A DNA stretch of 64,000 bases from an uncultured Acidobacteriota bacterium (GCA_963822445.1 CAWGHO010000001.1:1024001-1088000), one strand, 5' to 3'; positions 49,418 to 59,871 are shown, counted from the stretch's first letter. The notes: generated by a model from the letters alone, not told the origin. A program made the numbers and translations.

Positions 49418-50224
49418 ATGCGATCGATTCTCGCTCTCGCTCTCGCTCTCGCTCTGTCCGTCGTTCCCGCCGTCGCGCAAACACCCCCGCCGCCTCGCGC
49501 GGAAATCCTCGTCCTCGGCACGTACCACATGAACAATCCGGGGCGGGACATCTACAACAGCAAGGTCGACGACGTCCTCGCGCCGAAGCGGCAGGCGGAG
49601 ATCGCCCAGCTCATCGAAGTGCTGGAGCGGTTCCAGCCGACGAAGATCTCCGTCGAGCGCAATGCGGGCGATGAGCGGATCAAGAAGGATTACGCCGCGT
49701 ACCTGGCCGGCACGCACGAGCTGACGCGCAATGAGATCGAGCAGATCGGCTTCCGCCTGGCGAAAAAGCTCGGCCACAAGATGGTGTACGCGGTCGATGC
49801 CGACGGCGAGTTTCCGTACATGCGGCTGCTCAAATTCGTGAAGGCGACCGGCCGTTCGCAGGAGTTCGACGCGTTGTCGGCGGAGATCGGCGAAATGGTG
49901 AAGCGGAAGGACGCCTACCTTGCCTCTCACACCATCCTGGAAACGCTGCTGTACATGAACGCCGATGAACAGGTCGCGCAGGACGTCGGCTTCTACTACC
50001 GGCAGGCTGAGTTCAGCGAGCCGTGGGACTGGGCGGGACCGGATCTCCTCTCCGACTGGTATCGCCGCAACATGCGCATCTACGGCAACGTCATGCCGCT
50101 GGTCACCTCGCCCAACGAGCGCATCCTCCTCGTCTACGGCTCCGGCCACCTCGGCTGGCTGCAAAACGCTTTCGCCAGCAACCCGCGTCTGCGACTGCGC
50201 AAACTGCACGAGCTCGCCAGGTAA
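49418..50224 (+). CDS. Secreted DUF5694-like protein
   Basis: LVLGTYHM.NPG, NEIEQIGFRLA, WYRRNMRI and YGSGH motifs. Confidence 0.75.
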   Translation: MRSILALALALALSVVPAVAQTPPPPRAEILVLGTYHMNNPGRDIYNSKVDDVLAPKRQAEIAQLIEVLERFQPTKISVERNAGDERIKKDYAAYLAGTHELTRNEIEQIGFRLAKKLGHKMVYAVDADGEFPYMRLLKFVKATGRSQEFDALSAEIGEMVKRKDAYLASHTILETLLYMNADEQVAQDVGFYYRQAEFSEPWDWAGPDLLSDWYRRNMRIYGNVMPLVTSPNERILLVYGSGHLGWLQNAFASNPRLRLRKLHELAR

Positions 50225-50232
50225 CGCGGCAA

Positions 50233-50248
50233 CGGAACGTTCGCTGCA
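50233..50248 (+). promoter_or_regulatory. sigma54-type promoter candidate
   Basis: CGGAACGTTCGCTGCA = GG-N10-GC, 15 nt before ATG 50263. Confidence 0.5.
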
Positions 50249-50262
50249 CCCGTAGCACCGTC

Positions 50263-51053
50263 ATGCGCATGCGCTTTCTCGCGCTCGGTCTGATGGTGGC
50301 GCTTCATGCGGATGCGCGCACGCGCGCCGTCAGGCATCCGACAGTGATTCCGACACCCGCGTCGGTGATGTGGATCGGCGCGCATCCGGATGACGAGGTG
50401 GTGGCCGCTCCCCTGCTCGCGAAATGGTGTCGCGATGCGGGCGCGCGATGTGCGTTTCTCCTGCTCACCCGCGGCGAGGCCGGACCATGTCTTCGTGCGG
50501 ATGGTTGTCTTCCCGACGTCGCCTCGGTTCGCAGCGCGGAAGCTGCCGCGGCGGCGCAGTACTTCGGCGCGACGTCGATTCTCCTCACCCTTCCCGATGG
50601 CGGAGGATCCGCCGCGCCGAATTGGGAACCTCGGGAAGACGTAGTCGCCGCGCTCGCGAATTACATCGCAGCGTTCCGTCCGGCGGCGATCCTCACCTTC
50701 GATCCGCGCCACGGAACGACTTGTCATCCCGATCATCGCGCGACCGGCGACCTCGTTCTCGAAGCCGTGACGCGACTGCCGTACGTTCCGGCCGTTTATC
50801 TGCTCGAGACGAGAACGAACATCACCTCGTTCCGATCCGCGTTTCCATCGGCGGAGCGCTTCGACGCGAATCCGATTCTGCAATCGACCGGCGAGCCGGC
50901 GTGGAACGCGGCGATCGACGTCATGCGCTGCATCCCAGCCAGTTCGATGAGTCGTGGATTCGGCCGATCGAGAACGTGCCGCGCGCAGATCGCGCGGTGT
51001 TCATCGCTCCCGCGTCAACGGCTCTGCTTCAAACCGTTGATGAATGCCGCTGA
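50263..51053 (+). CDS. PIG-L/LmbE family deacetylase, frameshift near 50928
   Basis: AHPDDE, TRGEAG and HPDH motifs; the C-terminal HPSQF lies in another frame ending at 51053. Confidence 0.8.
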
Positions 51054-51937
51054 GCCGACGGGCGCTTGACCGACTTCGCCAGACCGGCCTTTTCCAGCAG
51101 CACGATCACGTACCAGCCGAAATCGAGCTGCCACGCGCGTCCAACCGAAGCGCGCCGGAAGACGGCACGGCGTGGTGATTGCGGTGCCAGTTCTCGCCCT
51201 GAAAAAAGTGGATGGGGCCGAGCCAGCCGATGTTCTGCGAGGAATCCTCGCCGGCGCTGCCGGGCCTCGCGCATGTGCGCGATGCTGTTCACGAAGCACT
51301 GCGCATGCAGCGAAGCGACGAGCCGCATCGGCCCGAGCCAGAAGAACGCGGGAATGCCGAAGGCGAGCCCGCCGAAGAGCGACACGGCCAGCAAGGGGAT
51401 CTGCATCCGCCGCCAGAAGCGATACTCCGGCTTGTCGAGATCGGGGGACCAGCGGCTCACCGGCACATTGCCGGCCTGCCACAACCAGCGCAGGTGCGCC
51501 CACCAGAACCCGCCGATCCAGGGGCTGGAGATGTCTTCGACGGTCTCGACCTTCGAGTGATGCTGGCGATGATTCGCCGTCCAGGAATCGGGCGATCCGG
51601 AGCCGTTGAACATCGCGAAGAAGATCAGGATGTGCTTGACGACCGGGTGAAGCCGCAGCGCGGTGTGGGCCAGCGCGCGGTGGTAGCAGACCGTGACGCC
51701 TAGGGCGCCCATCCATGCGAGCGCGACGGTGGCGGTGATCACCCGCCAGCCGGGCGTGGCGAAAAACATCAGGCCGATGGCGGCGAGAATGTGGATGGTG
51801 ACGACGTAATAGAAGGTGGCCCGGTCGCCCTTTGCCGTCTTCCACCAAGGCATCGACCAGGGCTCGGTGCCCAGACTCGAAACGATGGCGTGTGGTTTAG
51901 GTGTTTCTTCGGCCTGCGGCCAAGTCCCTGAGGTCAT
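51029..51937 (-). CDS. Acyl-lipid/acyl-CoA delta-9-type fatty acid desaturase with compensating frameshifts
   Basis: His boxes HRALAH and HRQHH are in frame. The third box GENWHRNHH is in a shifted frame at about 51175-51250. Confidence 0.85.
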   Translation of the reverse strand: MTSGTWPQAEETPKPHAIVSSLGTEPWSMPWWKTAKGDRATFYYVVTIHILAAIGLMFFATPGWRVITATVALAWMGALGVTVCYHRALAHTALRLHPVVKHILIFFAMFNGSGSPDSWTANHRQHHSKVETVEDISSPWIGGFWWAHLRWLWQAGNVPVSRWSPDLDKPEYRFWRRMQIPLLAVSLFGGLAFGIPAFFWLGPMRLVASLHAQCFVNSIAHMREARQRRRGFLAEHRLARPHPLFSGRELAPQSPRRAVFRRASVGRAWQLDFGWYVIVLLEKAGLAKSVKRPSAQRHSSTV

Positions 51938-52042
51938 TCATCTTGCCTTCCGTGGCATTCGACCTCGGCCGAGCGCAGCAAGTACAAGCGGGACCATACC
52001 ATGGCAATTCCGGTACCCGTTTCGGGACTGTGCCGAAGTGCG

Positions 52043-52671
52043 TCAGATCAGGCCGAGGTCGATGGCCCGGAGCACTGCCCTGGTGCGGTCGCGCACGCCA
52101 AGCTTGGCCAGCACGCTGGAGATGTGATTCTTCACCGTGCCGTCGGAAATCTTCAGCAATTCGGAGATCTCGCGGTTGCTGTAGCCGCCGGCGAGGAAAC
52201 GGAGGATGGTTTTTTCGCGATCGGTGAGCGGCTCCGGCAGCTCGGCCGATTCGAATGACGCGACCGGCTGCTGTCGAGCGCGCGGACGATTCGCTCGGTG
52301 ATGACCGGCTCGATGCAGGTGCCTCCCGCGGCGACGGTGCGGATGGCGGTCGTCAGCCGGTCGAGCGACACATCCTTCAACAACCATCCTTTCGCACCGG
52401 CGCGCACGGCTTCGAAGAGCATGGCGTCGTCGTCGAACGTGGTGAGGATCAACGCCGGCGTCTTGATCTGTTTGAGCACGCCCAGGCCGTCGAGTCGCGG
52501 CATGCGCAGATCGAGGAGCACGACGTCCGGCTTCTCGCGCTCGATCACTTCGAGCGCCTCCTCGCCGTCCGACGCTTCACCGACGACCTGAATGTCGGGA
52601 TTGAGTGCGAGCAGCGCGCGAAGGCCTTCGCGGACGATGTTCTGATCTTCGACCAGGCAGACGCGGATCAC
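52043..52671 (-). CDS. NarL/LuxR-family response regulator, frameshift near 52272
   Basis: REC domain (VED, LLDLRMP, LLKD) plus HTH LTDRE..GYSNREI..TVKNH..KLGVRDR. Confidence 0.88.
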
Positions 52672-53744
52672 GCCGCACCGCCCACGGGCAGACGGACGTG
52701 CACTTCGAAGCCGTGGCCGCGCATCGACGAGACTTCCAGCGTGCCGCCGGCCTGCTGCACGCGCTCGCGCATGCCGCGCAGACCGTTGCCGAAGACGACG
52801 CGATCAGTGCCGCCGCCGTCATCGCGCGCGTCGACGGTCAGCGCCTGATCGGCCGTACCCACGGTCAGCCAGAGATTCCGCGCGTTGCTGTGGCGGACGG
52901 CGTTGGTGACGATCTCCTGAACCGCGCGCAGTGCTGTTTGCGCAACGAGTGGCTCGGCCACGGCCACACCATCGGCATCGACGTGAATCGCCGGCGACGG
53001 AACGGCGTTGCGCAAGGCCGCCAGCGCTGCGCCGAGGTCGACTGCCTCCCCTTCGCGCAGTTTGCTGACCACATCGCGGACGTCGCTGAGCAGCAACTTC
53101 GTGAGGGCCTGGCTCTTCTCGATGTGTTCTTTGGCCTGACCCTCGGCGAGATGACTGGCCACTTCGAGATTGAGGCTGAGCGCGGTCAGGTGATGGCCGA
53201 TCAGATCATGCAGGTCCCGCGCGATCCGCAACCGCTCCTCGGCACGGCTGCTCATGTCCAGCAATCCCGTCGCGACCTGCAACTCGGCATTGGCTTCGGC
53301 CAGGGCCTGCTTCGCTTCGCGCTCGTCGTGGGCGATGCGCGCGGTCATGAATCCGAAGATCTGGAAAGCGAAGTAGCCGAACGCGCCCCAGATGGCGTGC
53401 TTCGAGCCGTCGGAGACGATGAAGAACAGCGCGGCCGTCTGCGTGACGATCCACGTCATCGCCGCTGGAGCGCGCAGGTGCCCGAGTTGCGCCGCTGTGA
53501 TCACCAGCAGCACGGGCTGCATGCCTTCGAGTTTCAGATACGCGCAGGTCAGCGCCAGAACGGACTGCACGGCGATGAGAGCGAGCTCGAACGGGCCCGT
53601 GCATTCCTTCCGCGTGGCGACGAGGAAGAGCGCGAGAAAGGTGACGTAGCAGATCGCCCAGGGAATCGTGATCTCGCGCAGGTGCGGCAGGGCCACGATG
53701 ACCCAGGTGAACACGCCGGAGAAAACGAGTTTGCGGATTTGCAT
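52668..53744 (-). CDS. HisKA_3 membrane sensor histidine kinase (DesK-like)
   Basis: TM N-terminus; ERLRIARDLHDLIGH, QEIVTNAVRH, DDGGG and GLRGMRER motifs. Confidence 0.9.
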   Translation of the reverse strand: MQIRKLVFSGVFTWVIVALPHLREITIPWAICYVTFLALFLVATRKECTGPFELALIAVQSVLALTCAYLKLEGMQPVLLVITAAQLGHLRAPAAMTWIVTQTAALFFIVSDGSKHAIWGAFGYFAFQIFGFMTARIAHDEREAKQALAEANAELQVATGLLDMSSRAEERLRIARDLHDLIGHHLTALSLNLEVASHLAEGQAKEHIEKSQALTKLLLSDVRDVVSKLREGEAVDLGAALAALRNAVPSPAIHVDADGVAVAEPLVAQTALRAVQEIVTNAVRHSNARNLWLTVGTADQALTVDARDDGGGTDRVVFGNGLRGMRERVQQAGGTLEVSSMRGHGFEVHVRLPVGGAA

Positions 53745-53746
53745 GG

Positions 53747-54772
53747 TCAGAAATACACGCGCACGCCAGCCGTAGTCGCTCTGTCTACCTGTAAATACTC
53801 CATTTCGCTGCCCGAACGCCCGATCAACTCCGTGTCGATGACATACAACGCGACATTCGGCCGCACTTTGTACGTCGCCGCGGCGCGCACGAGCGTCGAG
53901 CCGTCGCGAAGGTTGGTGATGGTGATCAGCTCCGCGTCGAGCTTCCCCATCGGCCGCGTCACGCGCGCGAACGCGTACGTGCGGGCCATGCGCAACGGTG
54001 CGTACGCGGCGTTGGCGCCGCGCAGGTCGTGATCGACCGCGTCGCGGAAGGCATCCCATTGGCTCGCGGTCAGGCCATCGGTGCCGTGGTAGACCTCGAG
54101 CACGACGTTCACGTTCTTTGGCAGCGTGTACTGACCGCCGACCACGATGCGCGTGTGCTCGGTGCGCGCGACTTCCGCGTGCAGTTCCAGCGCGTCACCG
54201 AAAACGCGCGAGAGGCTGATCCCGACGTCGTTGTTCTTCATCATCAGCGAGACGTCCGTGCCGCGCACGAGTCGGTACACGCGCGCGGCAACGTCGCCGC
54301 CTTCGAACGCATACAAGGAGATGTTGGTGTCCTTCACGAAGACATCGGCGCGAACCATGTCCCGGCCGCGGTAAGCAGAGCGGCGGTCATTCGGATCGGT
54401 GGGATTGCGCGCCGGGCCGACAAACGCGGTCGGCGTCCAGCCGTAACCGGTACCCCATTTCTCGATGACTCGCCCCGCGGTCACGTCGAGCCAGTCCGTT
54501 GCCGCGAACTGCACGAACGCCTCACCGACCTCGCCGCGATCGGCGGCGCGATCCGACGCATCGGCGCGCAGCTTCATGCGCACTTTCCAGCGCTTGTCGT
54601 CCGTGGCCGCCTCGACGAACGCCGTCGCATCGGCAACGTTCGTCTGAAACGGGATCGAAGCGACGTTGCGCGGATTGAGCGGCGACGACGTGTTCGCCGG
54701 CGTGAGTTGCGCTTCCGCGCCCGCCGAGCCGAACACGCGAATCGTCGCCGCGAGAAAGAGTGCGCTCAACAT
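53747..54772 (-). CDS. Putative outer-membrane beta-barrel protein
   Basis: GRVIEKWGTGYGWTPT, alternating beta strands, C-terminal VRVYF. Start could instead be at 54967-54970. Confidence 0.65.
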   Translation of the reverse strand: MLSALFLAATIRVFGSAGAEAQLTPANTSSPLNPRNVASIPFQTNVADATAFVEAATDDKRWKVRMKLRADASDRAADRGEVGEAFVQFAATDWLDVTAGRVIEKWGTGYGWTPTAFVGPARNPTDPNDRRSAYRGRDMVRADVFVKDTNISLYAFEGGDVAARVYRLVRGTDVSLMMKNNDVGISLSRVFGDALELHAEVARTEHTRIVVGGQYTLPKNVNVVLEVYHGTDGLTASQWDAFRDAVDHDLRGANAAYAPLRMARTYAFARVTRPMGKLDAELITITNLRDGSTLVRAAATYKVRPNVALYVIDTELIGRSGSEMEYLQVDRATTAGVRVYF

Positions 54773-54791
54773 GTTGTCCCCGGGCTCGCCA

Positions 54792-54938
54792 AGTTCACCC
54801 CGCGCGTCCCACAGTTCACGCCGCGCGTAGACCGCGGCGTCAACGGAGCAGTCGGCTACAAGTTGCGGCAGCTCCGTGAGTGCGCCACTGACCCCGCGTC
54901 TTCGCGCGGGGTGAACTGTGGGACGCGCGGCGTGAACT
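54792..54938. repeat. Inverted repeat built from 21-nt tandem units
   Basis: 36-nt arms AGTTCACCCCGCGCGTCCCACAGTTCACGCCGCGCG and its reverse complement, 2 mismatches. Confidence 0.8.
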
Positions 54939-54963
54939 GTGGGAACCGCGAGAAGGAGAACGC

Positions 54964-55668
54964 TCACCATTTGCCGAGCGCGTCCTTCGTGAACATCTTG
55001 TCGGCGTTGTTGCGCGCGGTGAGATTGGCGTAACGCATCACGGTGCGGTTTCCGGCGCGCAGGAGGTCCTCGATCTCTACTTCGGTCACGATGCGCCGAC
55101 CGGCCAGCGTGCCGAACTTGCGGTAGTGCGCTCGCTTGAGCAGCTTGCCCGAGGCGACGTAGAAATCGGCGCGGCGCGGTTCGTAGGTCGAGCGATCGAT
55201 CCAGAGCTTGATCGACTTGTACGAGATCGACGGATCCTTCGCTTCCAGATCGAGCAGCCAGGTCTCGCCGTCCTGCACCGCGGACTTGGCGTCGTAATCG
55301 ACGGCGAAACTGGTGCGGGCGACGTCACCGTTCGAAGCCTGTCCCATCAGTCGCTGCAGCGGCGAGATGCGAATGGGGCGGCTCGCGGACGGCATGTAGA
55401 TCCACATCGCGTCGCGCAGCATGAGCAGGAACTTCCCCTTCTCCGCCGCGGGCGCGGTGAACTCGACCACGCTCCGCTCAGAGCCTTTTCCATACACGCG
55501 GAACTTCGAAGACTCCGACTTTGTCCCTTCGAAACTGGTCAGTTCCACGTCGATGGAGAAGCTGTCCATACCGTTGCGGAACGCATCGCTGCGGGAAAGG
55601 ATCGCCGTCGCGTCTTCGGCAAGTGCCGGCAACGCGACGAACATCAAAAGCATCGCTAGTTTTTTCAT
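54964..55668 (-). CDS. Outer membrane lipoprotein-sorting (LolA-like) protein
   Basis: Signal peptide; MWIYMP..RPIRIS..QRLMGQASNGD and SGKLLK motifs. Confidence 0.8.
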   Translation of the reverse strand: MKKLAMLLMFVALPALAEDATAILSRSDAFRNGMDSFSIDVELTSFEGTKSESSKFRVYGKGSERSVVEFTAPAAEKGKFLLMLRDAMWIYMPSASRPIRISPLQRLMGQASNGDVARTSFAVDYDAKSAVQDGETWLLDLEAKDPSISYKSIKLWIDRSTYEPRRADFYVASGKLLKRAHYRKFGTLAGRRIVTEVEIEDLLRAGNRTVMRYANLTARNNADKMFTKDALGKW

Positions 55669-55677
55669 GGGATCACC

Positions 55678-56877
55678 TCAGATGTGGCCGAGTGCGTCGA
55701 CGATCTTCAGTCGGGAGGCTTTGAGCGCCGGCAGGATGGAGGAGAGGGTTGCGGTGACGACCGAGATCAGGAACGCGGTTATGAGCACCGGCGTCTGCAG
55801 CAGGATCTGCAACCGATAACCGACCGTGTAGCCCGGCGGCGGCGGGAGCATGACGTTGCCGCTGTTGATGGCGGTCGCGAGCAACGCGCCGATGGTCAGT
55901 CCAAGGAGGCCGCCGATGACGCCGGTCATGAGGCCTTCGAGGAAGAACATCCGCCACACCCTTCCGCGAGTCGTCCCGATGGCCATGAGCGTGCCGATCT
56001 CCCGGGTGCGCTCGAAGATGGACATGACGATGGTGTTGGCGACGCTGAAGATCACGACGCCGAAGACGATCAGGCCGAGGAAGCCGAAGATGCCGTTGTA
56101 GAGCAGGACGACCTGGTGGTAGAAGCTCGCGAGCTCCGACCAGCTCTTGATCTCGATCGGCCACTTGCGGCGTTCAATGTCCGCGCGCATCGCGGCGGTC
56201 GTTTCCGTGTCGCGGAGGAAGACCAGCAGCTTTTCGACTTTCGTGGTCTGCAGCAGCGATTGCGCGCCGGTGATGGGCATCTTCACCGCGCGCTCGTCGA
56301 GCTCCTTCACTCCGGTCTGGAAGATGCCTGCGACGCGGACGTCCATCGCGTTGAGCGAGCCGGTCACGGTCGGCGTCATCAGGGTGATGTAGTCGCCGGG
56401 CTTCGCGTTCATCGACGCGGCCAGGCCCTTGCCGAGCAGGATCGCGTCGGGCTCGTTGTCGGGAAGGAGCGTGCCGGCGATGACTTTCTGGCCGCGCATG
56501 GTGCGGTCTTTTTCAGGCTCGACGGCGGTGGCGATGAAGGTCTCGGACTTGTCGCCGTTGCTGACCAGGCCCATGAGCGTGATCTGCGCGGCGGTTGATT
56601 CGACGCGCGGATCTTTCTCCATCTCGGCGCGCATCGCGGCCACGTTGTCGAGCGCATGCTCGAGCGGCTTCTGCGAGCCTTTCTCGTGGCCTGCACCGAA
56701 GATCTGCAGATGTCCCAGACGGCCGCGGATGGTGCTCTCGCGGAGTCCGCGGAAAGTCACGGCCTTGTATCCGCCGAAGAGGATCAGGCCGACGGCGCTG
56801 AAGACGATGACGGCGAGGGTGATCGCCGAACGGCGGCGATTGCGGAAGATGTTGCGAAGGGCGAGTTTGATCAGCAT
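55678..56877 (-). CDS. LolC/E-FtsX family ABC permease
   Basis: LALRNIFRNRRRS and ERTREIGTLMAIG motifs. Confidence 0.9.
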   Translation of the reverse strand: MLIKLALRNIFRNRRRSAITLAVIVFSAVGLILFGGYKAVTFRGLRESTIRGRLGHLQIFGAGHEKGSQKPLEHALDNVAAMRAEMEKDPRVESTAAQITLMGLVSNGDKSETFIATAVEPEKDRTMRGQKVIAGTLLPDNEPDAILLGKGLAASMNAKPGDYITLMTPTVTGSLNAMDVRVAGIFQTGVKELDERAVKMPITGAQSLLQTTKVEKLLVFLRDTETTAAMRADIERRKWPIEIKSWSELASFYHQVVLLYNGIFGFLGLIVFGVVIFSVANTIVMSIFERTREIGTLMAIGTTRGRVWRMFFLEGLMTGVIGGLLGLTIGALLATAINSGNVMLPPPPGYTVGYRLQILLQTPVLITAFLISVVTATLSSILPALKASRLKIVDALGHI

Positions 56878-56887
56878 GTGCGTGTCC

Positions 56888-57589
56888 TCAGGCCGCGATG
56901 GCGGCTTCGATGTCGGTGATTCTTCCGTCGCGAACGCGGATGACGCGCTGGGCGCGGGCGATCACGGCCGGGTCGTGGGTGGCAAAAACGAACGTCGAGC
57001 CGGTGCGCGCGTTGATGTCCTGGATCAGATCGAGGATTCGCGCCGCGTTCTCGGAATCGAGATTCGCGGTCGGTTCATCAGCAACCACGAGCTTCGGCTC
57101 GCCGGCCATGGCCCTGGCGATGGCAACGCGCTGGCGCTGACCGCCGGACAGTTGATCGGGGCGCTGTTTGGCCTGGGCGAGGATGCCAACGTGCTCGAGC
57201 CACGTCGAGACGCGATGATCGCGCTCGCGCTTCTTCATGCCGCGCAGCATCAGCGGGAACTCGACGTTCTCCCACGCCGTGAGCACCGGCACCAGGTTGA
57301 AGGTCTGAAAAACGAACCCCAGCACTTCGGCACGAGTCCGAGCCAGACGGTGCAGCGGGACGGCTGTGACGTCGACGCCGTCGATGACGACGCGGCCGGA
57401 GTCGGGCTTGTCGACGCAGCCGATGAGGTTGAGGAGGGTGGTCTTGCCGCTGCCGGACGGGCCGGCCAGCGCGACCAGCTCGCCGGGGGCGATCTCGAGG
57501 GAAACGTTGTCGACCGCGCGGACGAGGATGCGTCCGAGCTTGTACGACTTTTCGACGGATGTGAGTTGAACGACTGTTTCGTGTGCCAT
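56888..57589 (-). CDS. ABC transporter ATP-binding protein (LolD-like)
   Basis: [16 protein letters not shown] and ADEPTANLD motifs. Confidence 0.92.
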   Translation of the reverse strand: MAHETVVQLTSVEKSYKLGRILVRAVDNVSLEIAPGELVALAGPSGSGKTTLLNLIGCVDKPDSGRVVIDGVDVTAVPLHRLARTRAEVLGFVFQTFNLVPVLTAWENVEFPLMLRGMKKRERDHRVSTWLEHVGILAQAKQRPDQLSGGQRQRVAIARAMAGEPKLVVADEPTANLDSENAARILDLIQDINARTGSTFVFATHDPAVIARAQRVIRVRDGRITDIEAAIAA

Positions 57590-57625
57590 GGCTCGCAAGA
57601 TAGGGCGAGCCACGTTCACGCACAT

Positions 57626-57664
57626 GTGCCGGAGGTCAGCTCAGCCGAGCATGACTTCCGGCAC
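57626..57664. promoter_or_regulatory. 13-bp inverted repeat, candidate operator or terminator
   Basis: GTGCCGGAGGTCA-13 nt-TGACTTCCGGCAC, upstream of the ABC operon -10 element. Confidence 0.45.
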
Positions 57665-57673
57665 CCCCGGGCG

Positions 57674-58444
57674 TTAGTTGATTCCGAATCGCACCGTCAC
57701 CTGCAGCAGCACTTCCACGGCCTCCCCGCGCAGGGATCCCGGTTTGTATCGCCACTGCTGCACCGCTTTCATCACGGCCTCGTTGAAGGGCGGCATGGTC
57801 GCCGAGACGATGCGGATGTCGCGCACGCGGCCGTTCTTGTCGATCACGCACTCGGCGATGACGGTCGCGGTCACGCCGCTCCTCCGCATGATCTCGGGAT
57901 ACCCCGGCTCGACTTTCTGGATGAGGACCGGCGACTTCACTTCGCCCGTGACGCGATAGATCTTGTCTTCGACGGGCGGGACGTCCACGACGGCAGCAGG
58001 CGGATTGTTGATGTCACCGATCGAGTCCTTCTCTCCCCAGGGCTCACCGAACGGTTCGGTGGAGGTGCCGGTGCCGTTCGCGGGCTCGGTCGATGTCGCA
58101 CCGCCCGAGCCAGGCGCGTCGAGCGTCGGAACTTCGTCAGGGATGTCGGCCGGCGCCATCACTTCGTTGGGTTTCGGCGCGGGCGGTGGCGTGTCCTGCT
58201 TCACCGGCGCCGGAGCCGCTCCGCCATCGGGACGGCCAAGGGGCGGCGGAGGCAAAGCCACGGGCATGAAGATCGGCGCGCTGGCCATTTCGTCCGGCGC
58301 GGCCGCGGGAAAGTCGACCGACGCGACGCTGACCGCGACTGCGCCGAGGATCACCGCGCTGTGCGCGATGAGTGAGATGGTGAAAAGCCCGAAGCGCCCC
58401 CGCCCCGCCCCGGTCTGAGCATGGACAACCGATGTCTCGAACAT
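57674..58444 (-). CDS. Energy transducer TonB family protein
   Basis: SLIAH TM motif, Pro-rich linker, PGYPE..WRYKP..VRF; AGGAGG RBS. Confidence 0.85.
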   Translation of the reverse strand: MFETSVVHAQTGAGRGRFGLFTISLIAHSAVILGAVAVSVASVDFPAAAPDEMASAPIFMPVALPPPPLGRPDGGAAPAPVKQDTPPPAPKPNEVMAPADIPDEVPTLDAPGSGGATSTEPANGTGTSTEPFGEPWGEKDSIGDINNPPAAVVDVPPVEDKIYRVTGEVKSPVLIQKVEPGYPEIMRRSGVTATVIAECVIDKNGRVRDIRIVSATMPPFNEAVMKAVQQWRYKPGSLRGEAVEVLLQVTVRFGIN

Positions 58445-58514
58445 GCGTTCCTCCTGGGATTGTTGGAGGGGGCGGGTGGGGCTGGAGAAACCGTGGGTTG
58501 CAACGGACGGGTGA

Positions 58515-58619
58515 ACGTACGGCGAGCGTCCCGCTCGCATCGCGCCGGGCATCGTGCCCGGCGCTCATCCGCGCGGGCGAGACGCCCGCGCGATTGCGGC
58601 CGGGACGGCCGCCGTACGT
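58515..58619. repeat. GTAC-type REP-like element
   Basis: ACGTACGGC...GCCGTACGT ends with internal hairpins; same family as 48404 and 45448. Confidence 0.8.
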
Positions 58620-58652
58620 GACCTCTGGCACGGTTCGTTCGTAGACAGGGGC

Positions 58653-59861
58653 ATGAAGAAGCTGACCCCGGATCCGGAGCTCGCGCAGCTCGTCCGCGAG
58701 TTGAACGAGACCGAGGCTGCGACGGATGAGACGCGCGCCGCGAATGCGTGGCCGTCGTCGACCGTGCCGGAAGGGAACCCGATCGAGCGGCTGCTGATCG
58801 AGATGGCCCAGCGCGGCGCGAGCGATCTGGTGATCGTCGCCGGCGCGCCGCCGATCTTCCGCCTGGCCGGCCGGTTGACGCGAACGGCCGACGCGCCGCT
58901 GACGGCGGAGGACATTCAGTCGCTGCTCGCGCCGATGCTCACCGCGCGGCTGCGAGAGAAGCTCGAAACCGAAGGTGCGGCGGATTTTTCGTTGCGCCTG
59001 AGCAAGGGCTCGAGTGACGACGATCGCCGCGCGTGGCGTTTCCGCGTGAACGTTCATCGCCAGCGCGGCACTCTCGCCGCCGCTGTCCGGGCGCTGCCGA
59101 CCGAGGTGCCGACGCTGCAGCAGTTGAAACTGCCGTTGGCGCTCGCCGAACTGGTGAAACCGACGCGGGGACTCGTCCTGATCTGCGGCCCGACCGGCTC
59201 GGGCAAGTCCACGACGCTGGCCGCGCTGATCGGCGAGATCAACCGCACCGAGGCCAAGCACATCATCACCATCGAAGACCCGATCGAGTACGAGCATCGC
59301 AATGCTTCCTCGATCGTCGAACAGGTGGAGATCGGCCGCGACGCGCCGTCGTTCGCATCCGCGCTTCGCGCTTCGCTGCGTCAGGATCCCGATGTGATTC
59401 TCGTCGGCGAGATGCGCGACCTCGAAACCGTAGCGACAGCCCTGACCGCCGCGGAGACCGGTCATCTGATCCTGTCCACGCTGCACACCAGCGACGCGGC
59501 CCAGGCCATTCATCGCATCGTCGACGTCTTTCCGCCGGCGCAGCAGACCCAAATCAAGCAGCAGCTCGCGCTGAGCCTCAACGCGATCGTCGTGCAGCAG
59601 CTCGTTCCCCGCACGGACAACAGCGGACGGTCGGTGGCGGTGGAAGTGCTGCTCGCGAATTACGCGGTGCGCAATCACATCCGCACGGACAAGCTCCAGA
59701 ACCTCGCCACCGAAATCACCCTCGGCAAACGCCAGGGCATGATCTCGCTCGAGGATTCCCTCGCGCGGCTCGTGCAGGAAGGCGTGATCACGCACGAAGA
59801 CGCGCGTGTGCGCTCGCCGCGGCCGGACGAGCTGGATTCACTGCTGCGGACGCGCGGTTAG
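58653..59861 (+). CDS. pilT: PilT/PilU type IV pilus ATPase
   Basis: GPTGSGKSTT, TIEDPIE, LRQDPDVILVGEMRD and AETGHL..TLHT motifs. Confidence 0.9.
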   Translation: MKKLTPDPELAQLVRELNETEAATDETRAANAWPSSTVPEGNPIERLLIEMAQRGASDLVIVAGAPPIFRLAGRLTRTADAPLTAEDIQSLLAPMLTARLREKLETEGAADFSLRLSKGSSDDDRRAWRFRVNVHRQRGTLAAAVRALPTEVPTLQQLKLPLALAELVKPTRGLVLICGPTGSGKSTTLAALIGEINRTEAKHIITIEDPIEYEHRNASSIVEQVEIGRDAPSFASALRASLRQDPDVILVGEMRDLETVATALTAAETGHLILSTLHTSDAAQAIHRIVDVFPPAQQTQIKQQLALSLNAIVVQQLVPRTDNSGRSVAVEVLLANYAVRNHIRTDKLQNLATEITLGKRQGMISLEDSLARLVQEGVITHEDARVRSPRPDELDSLLRTRG

Positions 59862-59871
59862 GTCGTTGCCA

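Noticed and set aside
58626-58641. sigma54 promoter before pilT (TGGCACGGTTCGTTC)
   Set aside because: Good -24 element, but the -12 position is TC rather than GC.
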